From an uncultured delta proteobacterium (lineage in GTDB: Bacteria > Myxococcota_A > UBA9160 > UBA4427), in the NCBI GenBank assembly GCA_963698485.1, contig CAVORA010000029.1, positions 403,778-467,777 of the forward strand: 64,000 nucleotides of DNA. The letters run 5' to 3'. The first letter of the stretch is position 1; each line of letters begins with the position of its first letter. Below, piece by piece: positions 56,971 to 64,000 of the stretch. Made by a program: the position numbers and the translations under genes. The notes under the pieces are model-generated. The model worked only from the letters and a program-made list of their open reading frames with translations, was not told the DNA's origin and searched no databases.

Positions 56971-57827
56971 GCGGGGCGCCGGACGGGCTCGGTCAACGCA
57001 CGTTCCGGCTGGTGCTGGAATACGATGGCAGCGGCTTCGAGGGCTGGCAGCTGCAGTCGGGGGAGCGCTCGAGCCGCACGGTCCAGGGCGTGCTCGGCGA
57101 GGCGATCCGCGCGATCACGGGCAGCGCCGCTCGCATCCGGGGGGCGGGACGCACGGACGCCGGCGTGCATGCCTGGGGGCAGGTCGCGAGTCTCGTCGTC
57201 TCGACGGGGCTCGAGGCGGAGGTGTTGGCCCGGGCGCTGAACGCGCGGCTGCCCGCGGACGTCGCGGTGGTCGGCTGCCAGCGGGTGCCCGATGGCTGGG
57301 ATGCCCTTCGGGCGGCCCGGGCGAAGCAATACCGCTACCAGATCTGGAACGGCCCGAGCCGCTCTCCGCTGCGAGCGAGGCACTGGGTCTGGATCAGGGA
57401 GGCGCTCGACGTCGACGCGATGCGCCGGGCCTTACCGCTCTTCCTGGGGACCCGAGATTTCGCGTCCCTCTGCGCGGCGGGATCGGACGTCAAGACGACC
57501 GTGCGGACGCTCACGCGGCTCGAGCTCATGGGGTCGACCGGAGGCGAGCTCGTGCTGGACGTCGTCGGCGAGGGCTTCCTGCGCCACATGGTGCGGAATC
57601 TGGCGGGCACGCTGCTCGAAGTCGGGCGCGGGCGCTGGGCGCCGGAAGAGGTCGCCCGCATCCTGGCGGCTCGGGATCGGAGCCGGGCGGGACCCACGGC
57701 GCCGGCCTGCGGTCTGGCGCTGGTCCGGGTCTGGGACGATCGGGGCGAGGGAGAGTCCCGCGCGGGTAGGCAATCAGCGGTCCTGCCGGCCGATCCTTCA
57801 GTTGACGCGGCGGAGCCCGTCGGGTAA
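56967..57827 (+). CDS. truA: tRNA pseudouridine(38-40) synthase TruA
   Basis: 286 aa. FRLVLEYDGSGFEGWQLQ and the catalytic GAGRTDAGVHAWGQV. The GTG start overlaps the preceding stop (GTGA). Confidence 0.92.
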   Translation: MSGAPDGLGQRTFRLVLEYDGSGFEGWQLQSGERSSRTVQGVLGEAIRAITGSAARIRGAGRTDAGVHAWGQVASLVVSTGLEAEVLARALNARLPADVAVVGCQRVPDGWDALRAARAKQYRYQIWNGPSRSPLRARHWVWIREALDVDAMRRALPLFLGTRDFASLCAAGSDVKTTVRTLTRLELMGSTGGELVLDVVGEGFLRHMVRNLAGTLLEVGRGRWAPEEVARILAARDRSRAGPTAPACGLALVRVWDDRGEGESRAGRQSAVLPADPSVDAAEPVG

Positions 57828-58127
57828 ACCTTCGCGGTCCTGGAGACCCCTCCCGGGGACACCGGACGTGGCTCGCGCCGTCATCCGATGTCGATCCCTC
57901 TCGAAGGCTGGGTGATCGGCCAACGGATCTCTCGCGGCTCACCATGCAGCGGATGGGATGGATTGCCGAGGATGATTGGATCGATCGCTCGCCGGGGCCC
58001 TGCCGGTCGGACGCTCGCTCCAACACGATCGGATCACGGCTCTGCGGCTCGCAGGCGTTCTAGAGATCGCGCCGAGCCGTGACGAGACAAGAAGCGATAG
58101 AAGAGAAGAAGAGGTAGACGACTCAAC

Positions 58128-58580
58128 ATGGCCAATCGAGCCTTTGCAGCCACGAAGAGCGTGAGCGCCGACCAGGTCGAGCGCCGCTGGTACGTGGTGG
58201 ACGCCGAAGATCTGGTGCTCGGCCGCCTGGCGACACGGATCGCCACGGTCCTGCGCGGAAAGCACAAGCCGAGCTTCACGCCGCACGCCGACACCGGCGA
58301 TCACGTGATCGTCGTGAACGCGGAGAAGGTCGCGCTCACCGGTCGCAAGCGGGAGCAGAAGACCTACCACCGCCACACGGGCTACATGGGCGGCGTCAAG
58401 TCGATCACCGCCGACAAGCTGCTGGCCTCGGCCCACTCGGATCGCGTCGTGCGGTCCGCGGTGCGCGGAATGCTGCCGCACAACAGCCTGGGGCGGCAGA
58501 TGCTCTCCAAGCTTCGGGTCTACGCCGGCCCGGAACATCCGCATGCTTCGCAGAAGCCGGAGGAACTTCCCCTTGTCTAG
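58128..58580 (+). CDS. rplM: 50S ribosomal protein L13
   Basis: 150 aa. [49 protein letters not shown]. Confidence 0.96.
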   Translation: MANRAFAATKSVSADQVERRWYVVDAEDLVLGRLATRIATVLRGKHKPSFTPHADTGDHVIVVNAEKVALTGRKREQKTYHRHTGYMGGVKSITADKLLASAHSDRVVRSAVRGMLPHNSLGRQMLSKLRVYAGPEHPHASQKPEELPLV

Positions 58581-58983
58581 CTCTCTCCAGACCGCCGGTG
58601 GCGCCATCCAGGCGACCGGCAAGCGCAAGAGCGCGATCGCTCGCGTCCGTCTCACGCTCGGCACGGGTCAGATCATCTGCAATGGTCGCTCGATGGACGA
58701 GTACTTTCCGCGCGACGCGCTGCAGATCATGGTGCGAACGCCCTTCGACAAGACGGAGTCGCTCGGCCGCTACGACATCCATGCAACGCTCTCGGGCGGC
58801 GGCGTGGCCGGTCAGGCCGGCGCCCTGCGCCACGGCATCGCCCGCGCGATCGAGAAGCTCGACGGGACCCAGCGCACCGTGCTCAAGCGAGCCGGCTACC
58901 TGACGCGGGACCCGCGGAAGAAGGAGCGCAAGAAGTACGGACAGAAGGGCGCTCGCGCGCGCTTCCAGTTCAGCAAGCGCTAG
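58573..58983 (+). CDS. rpsI: 30S ribosomal protein S9
   Basis: [14 protein letters not shown]...[19 protein letters not shown]...[25 protein letters not shown]. The likely TTG start at 58573 lies 9 nt after GGAGGA and overlaps the rplM stop. The tracked ORF opens at 58543. Confidence 0.93.
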   Translation: MSSSLQTAGGAIQATGKRKSAIARVRLTLGTGQIICNGRSMDEYFPRDALQIMVRTPFDKTESLGRYDIHATLSGGGVAGQAGALRHGIARAIEKLDGTQRTVLKRAGYLTRDPRKKERKKYGQKGARARFQFSKR

Positions 58984-59023
58984 GACGAGAGCCCTTCAGG
59001 GTCTCGCCCGCACGAAACAGAAG

Positions 59024-59051
59024 CGGTCGGCTCTTCGAGCCGGCCGTTTTT
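59024..59051 (+). terminator. Rho-independent terminator of rplM-rpsI
   Basis: cggtcggctc-ttc-gagccggccg forms a 10-bp stem (one G-U) with a 3-nt loop, followed by TTTTT. It starts 41 nt after the rpsI stop. Confidence 0.65.
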
Positions 59052-59422
59052 CGTTGGGGCGCGACTGCGCTGGTGTCAACCGATTGACGGCCCTGCGCGG
59101 GCCGGGCTATACACGGCCGGACCCCCCCGGTCGAAGCAGGTGGACGTGAACACGCACTCCGCAGCGACCGTATCGCTGCGCTCGGACGCGTCGAGACAGA
59201 CGCACGCTCGAATCCAATGACCTCGCGGACGATGATCTCGCGCGGTCTTCCGATTCGGGACAGGATCTTCCAGGACATCGTCGCGATCTCTTCGATCCGT
59301 TGCACGATGCGCAGACTACCCTTCTCCAGAGACTCGATCGGGCTGGCAGCGGCTCTCGCGTCCGCTCCCGCGGCCTCTGTCTCGATCCGTCCGAATCTCT
59401 CGGATCGAGCGTCGGGCCGGCG

Positions 59423-59902
59423 ATGACGCGTTACTTCGCATCGGATCCGACAGAGCTCGGGCTCTCCGTGTCGGCGATGGTCTGGCGCGACGGCGAGGTC
59501 TTGCTGATGAGGCGATCCGATAACGGCCATTGGGGATTGCCCGGGGGCTTCGTCGAGGTCGGGGAGTCGGTCGCGGAGGCGGCGCGACGAGAGGTCGCTG
59601 AGGAGACGGGCTGGCGCGTGGACGTCCGGGGACTGATCGGGGTCTACTCGGATCCCGCCACCCAGGTCGTGGACTACGGAAGACGCAAGGGGCCGGGTCC
59701 GGACGGGGGTGACCGCCGGATCCAGGTCGTGAATCTCTGCTTTCATGCGGAGGCGGTCGAGGAGGGGGAGATGACGACACCCGACGAGACCCTCGAGATG
59801 GGATTTTTCGCGGCGGACGCAATGCCTTCCCCCTTCGTTCCGATCCATCGGATCCGGATCGAGGACGGGCTGGCGAAGCGGGCCGAGGCCGCGGTGCGAT
59901 GA
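59423..59902 (+). CDS. NUDIX hydrolase
   Basis: 159 aa from the ATG at 59423. NUDIX box GLPGGFVEVGESVAEAARREVAEETG. The tracked ORF opens at 59300. Confidence 0.85.
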   Translation: MTRYFASDPTELGLSVSAMVWRDGEVLLMRRSDNGHWGLPGGFVEVGESVAEAARREVAEETGWRVDVRGLIGVYSDPATQVVDYGRRKGPGPDGGDRRIQVVNLCFHAEAVEEGEMTTPDETLEMGFFAADAMPSPFVPIHRIRIEDGLAKRAEAAVR

Positions 59903-59979
59903 GCGAGCCGAGACAGAGGACGACGCAGGCCGAGACGCGAGCGCGTTCGGACCCGAATCCGAAAGAGGGGGGAACAGCC

Positions 59980-61622
<1,643 letters not shown>

Positions 61623-61752
61623 CTCGGGCGCACCCGACGGGCGGACGCGGAGAGCCGCCGAAAAGACCGCCCCGGTTCGGCGCGGAGGGGCGGCAGCGCC
61701 CGCCGGGACGCGCTAAAAACTGGGGCTTCCTGGGGGCCGAACGAGGCCTCTC

Positions 61753-61829
61753 GGGGCGTTAGCTCAGTTGGTTAGAGCGCCGTGTTCACACCGCGGAGGT
61801 CGGTGGTTCGAATCCACTACGCCCCACCA
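61753..61829 (+). tRNA. tRNA-Val (anticodon CAC), CCA encoded
   Basis: Acceptor ggggcgt/acgcccc. Anticodon arm ccgtg-ttCACac-cgcgg (one G-U). T arm ggtgg-ttcgaat-ccact. ACCA tail. Confidence 0.88.
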
Positions 61830-62003
61830 TTTGTTTTCGCGCACGTTCTTCGATGCGGCTCGTCGCGTCGGATCGCCTTCGGGCGCGTGTGCTGATGGGA
61901 TCGATCGCGCGAGGGCGCGATGCAGGTTGGTCGTGCTGATGGAGCCCGTTCGAGGGCTCGAGCACGACGCCTAGCCAGATCGGAGGATCCCTCCTCCGTT
62001 CGT

Positions 62004-62080
62004 GGCCCGGTAGCTCAGCTGGATAGAGCACCAGCCTCCGAAGCTGGGGGTCGCGCGTTCGAATCGCGCCCGGGTCACCA
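62004..62080 (+). tRNA. tRNA-Arg (anticodon CCG), CCA encoded
   Basis: Acceptor ggcccgg/ccgggtc (one G-U). Anticodon arm ccagc-ctCCGaa-gctgg. T arm gcgcg-ttcgaat-cgcgc. ACCA tail. Confidence 0.9.
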
Positions 62081-62089
62081 GAAACATGA

Positions 62090-62121
62090 ACGGTCTCGGC
62101 TAGTTAGTCGGGGCCGTTTTT
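62090..62121 (+). terminator. Probable terminator after the tRNA-Val/tRNA-Arg pair
   Basis: acggtctcg ... cggggccgt forms a 9-bp stem (two G-U pairs) with a 10-nt loop, followed by TTTTT. It starts 10 nt after the tRNA-Arg CCA. Confidence 0.45.
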
Positions 62122-62143
62122 GGTTTGGGACCGCGCTCACAGC

Positions 62144-62213
62144 CTACTCGGGTTCTACTTGGGTCGACCTGGGGCCAGGCGGATCTACTCGGGTAGCCGG
62201 GCGCTCTACTCGA
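62144..62213 (+). repeat. Four direct copies of CTACT(C/T)GG(G) within 70 nt
   Basis: ctactcggg at 62144-62152, ctacttggg at 62155-62163, ctactcggg at 62185-62193 and ctactcga at 62206-62213. Start-to-start spacing is 11, 30 and 21 nt. They lie right after the tRNA-Arg terminator. Confidence 0.85.
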
Positions 62214-62284
62214 TGATCTGGTCTGGCCATTCTGGGAGGCGTCGCTTCCTGGACTTATCTACAACCGTCAGCTCCGCTTCCCGA

Positions 62285-62524
62285 TTAGAGGTCCACACGC
62301 CGTCGGCTCGCCTCAATAGCCCTAGCCACCTCAGCCCCATCGAGCACCTCCCAGTCGAGCAGCAACTCGGCAATCTCTTCCACGGCTCGCCCGTAGTCGG
62401 GATCGTCGGCTGGCGACTAGTTGACGCAGATGGATAGCTGCGGAGCCTTGCCCGTCCGGGCGTAGGCTAGGACTCCGCGAAGGGCTTCCCGGATTGCTCG
62501 GGTGTAGTCGTCATTCTGGCTCAT
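62285..62524 (-). pseudogene. Small ORF (79 codons) interrupted by one in-frame TAG; antitoxin/regulator-sized, family unknown
   Basis: The minus-strand ATG at 62524 lies 7 nt after GAGAGG. It reads MSQNDDYTRAIREALRGVLAYARTGKAPQLSICVN, then TAG (62417-62419), then continues in the same frame as SPADDPDYGRAVEEIAELLLDWEVLDGAEVARAIEASRRRVDL to TAA at 62285-62287. Composition is protein-like on both sides of the stop. Confidence 0.4.
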
Positions 62525-62633
62525 TGCGGCACCTCTCTCTTAGATTGAGAGGCCGGACGAGTAGCGCGGTTGTCGATCAGGCGGCGGTCGGTGTTCGATC
62601 AGGGTTGTGGGGATCGAGTTGCCGGTCCATTGC

Positions 62634-62697
62634 CGATTGACCTGGCGGGGTCTCCGGATGCAGAATGGAACGGCCCGCATCCCGAGGGAGACCCGCT
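62634..62697 (+). promoter_or_regulatory. Conserved leader module, copy A (TTGACC box plus SD-sequestering inverted repeats)
   Basis: cgattgacctg...gtctcc-ggatgc-[15 nt]-gcatcc-cgag-ggagac-ccgct-ATG. gtctcc (62650-62655) pairs with ggagac (62687-62692), which contains the SD. ggatgc (62656-62661) pairs with gcatcc (62677-62682). A second copy lies at 63407-63471. Confidence 0.6.
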
Positions 62698-63390
62698 ATG
62701 TGTTCATCCCGATGTCCGAATAGCTACGTGTTCGCGGTTCTGATCGCTCTTCTTCTCGACATGGCTGCTTCAGCGCAGCAGCTCATCTTCACCGAGTATG
62801 TCGAAGGAAGTGGCTTCAATAAGGCGCTGGAAGTTCTGAACCTCGCCCCCAACTCAATCGATCTCACCACGGCGCAGATAGAGATCTACGCGAACGGAAG
62901 CCTCTCGCCGACGGCAATCATTCCGCTCTCAGGGTTGCTCATCGCCAGCGACGTTTGGGTCGTTGCGAATCCAAGTGCTGTCATGGACGTGCTGGATGTC
63001 GCCGATCAGACCAGCTCGTCGGTTAATTTCAACGGCGACGATGCGGTCGTCCTTCGAGTGTCAGGAGAGATTGTTGATGCGATCGGGCGCATCGGGGAAG
63101 ATCCCGGTTCTTCGTGGGATGGATCGGGGGTCTCGACTCAAGATCGCACCTTGCGCCGGCGGCACCACGATTGCGCGATAGACCACGGGAACGTTGCCTT
63201 TGACCCATCCGTGGACTGGAATGCATTCGCTCAGGACGAGTTCGGGGATCTCGGCTACTCAGATGGGGCTTTCGCGTTGGAGAATTGCAATGCCGCCCCC
63301 GTCCCGTCGATTCACCCGATCGCGCTCTACACGCTGGTGCCGGGGCTGTTGGTCGGGGTGGGGCTCGTGGCGATGCGGCGTCTGCGGTGA
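62698..63390 (+). CDS. Secreted lamin-tail-domain (LTD) protein with a C-terminal VPxxxP/PEP-CTERM-like sorting tail
   Basis: 230 aa from the ATG at 62698. Signal peptide (VFAVLIALLLDMAASA|QQ). LIFTEYVEGSGFNKALEVLNL...IEIYANGS...VWVVANP...NFNGDDAVVLRVSGEIVDAIGRIGEDPGSSW...TQDRTLRR matches the LTD module seen at the N-terminus of ExeM/NucH-type extracellular nucleases. The C-terminus is VPSIHP plus a hydrophobic stretch (IALYTLVPGLLVGVGLVAM) plus RRLR. Confidence 0.7.
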   Translation: MCSSRCPNSYVFAVLIALLLDMAASAQQLIFTEYVEGSGFNKALEVLNLAPNSIDLTTAQIEIYANGSLSPTAIIPLSGLLIASDVWVVANPSAVMDVLDVADQTSSSVNFNGDDAVVLRVSGEIVDAIGRIGEDPGSSWDGSGVSTQDRTLRRRHHDCAIDHGNVAFDPSVDWNAFAQDEFGDLGYSDGAFALENCNAAPVPSIHPIALYTLVPGLLVGVGLVAMRRLR

Positions 63391-63406
63391 CCCACCGCCT
63401 ACTTGT

Positions 63407-63471
63407 CGATTGACCTGAGCGCGTCTCCGGGTGCAAAGTGGAACGACCTGCATCTCGAAGGAGATCCCGCT
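63407..63471 (+). promoter_or_regulatory. Conserved leader module, copy B
   Basis: cgattgacctg...gtctcc-gggtgc-[15 nt]-gcatct-cgaa-ggagat-cccgct-ATG. Same architecture as copy A and roughly four fifths identical by eye. All helix differences are G-C or A-U to G-U changes. Confidence 0.6.
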
Positions 63472-64000
63472 ATGCGCACGATCCTGCTCACCCTTGTCCT
63501 GCTCGTCCTCGCCACTCCCGCCTTCGCGTCCGACGGCGTCCTGGAGATCAACCAGACTTGTGCGGTGCAGACGGGGTGCTTTGCGGGCGATGCCCCCGGC
63601 TTTCCGGTTGCGATAGATCGCGATCAGCCAGGGAGCTATCGGCTGACATCCAATCTGTCATGGGGAGATCCAGACGCTTCTCTGATTGAAGTTCGCGATG
63701 ACCATGTCCGAATCGACCTGAACGGCTTCACGCTTTCCGGTCCAACCTCCTGCAGTGGCTTCGGGTCCACGTTGTCTTGCACGCCAGCTGGATCGGGCAG
63801 CGGGGTGGCGGTTGTGCCGACGAACACGATTAGCGGGATAGAAATCCGCAATGGCGTCATTCGTGGCATGGCCGGCCGGGGAATCGCCCTCGGGCCTGAG
63901 GCGAGAGTCGAAGATATGCTAGTCGCATCGAATGGTCTGCTGGGTGTCGAGGTGGGTCGTCAAAGCCATGTGAAGAATTGTCAGGTTCTGAGAAACGGTC
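63472..64000 (+). CDS. Secreted protein with parallel beta-helix-like repeats (partial, runs off the window end)
   Basis: This ORF is absent from the ORF track because it has no stop inside the window. The ATG at 63472 lies 7 nt after GGAGAT. MRTILLTLVLLVLATPAFA|SDGVLEINQTCAVQTGCFAGDAPGFPVAIDRDQPGSYRLTSNL...IDLNGFTLSG...ISGIEIRNGVIRGMAGRGIAL...VKNCQVLRNG. A signal peptide is followed by short G/N-rich repeats typical of right-handed beta-helix proteins. Confidence 0.6.
   Translation, partial: MRTILLTLVLLVLATPAFASDGVLEINQTCAVQTGCFAGDAPGFPVAIDRDQPGSYRLTSNLSWGDPDASLIEVRDDHVRIDLNGFTLSGPTSCSGFGSTLSCTPAGSGSGVAVVPTNTISGIEIRNGVIRGMAGRGIALGPEARVEDMLVASNGLLGVEVGRQSHVKNCQVLRNG

Noticed and set aside
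59160-59350. Minus-strand stretch resembling the N-terminus of a HepT/DUF86-type toxin (…RIVQRIEEI…IVREVIGFERA).
   Set aside because: The resemblance is a vague pattern over about 40 residues. There is no start codon with an RBS and no RxxxxH motif. The frame degenerates into R/S/P-rich sequence that overlaps the rpsI terminator. This is not enough to call.
62144-62213. CRISPR array or other regular repeat array anywhere in the window.
   Set aside because: The only clustered direct repeats are 8-9 nt long with irregular 11, 30 and 21 nt spacing. That is far too short and irregular for CRISPR. No other repeat-spacer structure was seen.
62120-62437. 105-aa + strand ORF in the tRNA-Arg flank as a real gene.
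   Set aside because: Its N-terminal third is simply the translation of the CTACTYGG repeats. The rest is antisense to the better-supported small minus-strand ORF. It has no RBS and an odd composition.
62666-62681. tggaacggcccgcatc (and tggaacgacctgcatc at 63439-63454) looked like a sigma54 -24/-12 promoter (TGGCAC-N5-TTGC).
   Set aside because: The GG and GC dinucleotides are separated by 8 nt, not the strictly conserved 10. The element lies only about 17-32 nt upstream of the ATG. It fits better as the loop and 3' arm of the conserved hairpin.

Overview
GC-rich (about two thirds G+C by eye, not computed) bacterial chromosomal segment, almost entirely housekeeping. All assignments come from motif recognition and gene order; no searches were run.

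Gene content, in order:
- 1-6.5 kb: flagellar export and hook block, (fliH)-fliI-fliJ-ylxF/motE-like-fliK-flgD-small ORF-flgE.
- 6.6-12.3 kb: cell-wall amidase, rph, rdgB, a receiver-PilZ protein, an ECF sigma/NrsF-like anti-sigma pair and a histidine phosphatase.
- 12.3-22.4 kb: cstA, a VanZ-like gene, then a coupled string of Ddl-like ATP-grasp, KamA-family radical SAM, murJ and a fused 5-oxoprolinase.
- 22.5-29.6 kb: tRNA-Lys, tRNA-Leu, tig-clpP-clpX-lon, tRNA-Val.
- 29.6-34.5 kb: two small genes, tRNA-Asp, an acyl-CoA synthetase and rarA.
- 34.6-42.2 kb: recN, FHA protein plus M23 peptidase, secA, argJ.
- 42.5-50.7 kb: rpsB-tsf-pyrH-frr-uppS-dxr-rseP-tsaB.
- 51.1-59.0 kb: ilvC, pssA, leuA, leuB, a USG-1-like Asd paralogue, truA, rplM-rpsI.
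- 59.4-62.1 kb: a NUDIX gene, pyrG, tRNA-Val, tRNA-Arg.

Three things stand out:
1. Reading frames break repeatedly in discrete blocks (12.3-20.4 kb, 53.7-55.9 kb, 60.2-61.0 kb, plus a single insertion in dxr). Equally long neighbours (secA, lon, recN, clpX) are intact. Regional consensus or assembly error is the most likely cause, not biology.
2. The last ~1.9 kb, downstream of tRNA-Arg, is visibly lower in GC. It carries short direct repeats, an amber-interrupted small ORF and two secreted proteins. Each secreted-protein gene is preceded by a copy of the same ~67-nt leader, which can fold to sequester the Shine-Dalgarno. This is the most accessory-looking, least explained part of the window.
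3. A translationally coupled ATP-grasp/KamA pair and a USG-1-like Asd paralogue lacking the expected nucleophile are worth a second look.

I found no CRISPR array, rRNA or recognisable transposase.
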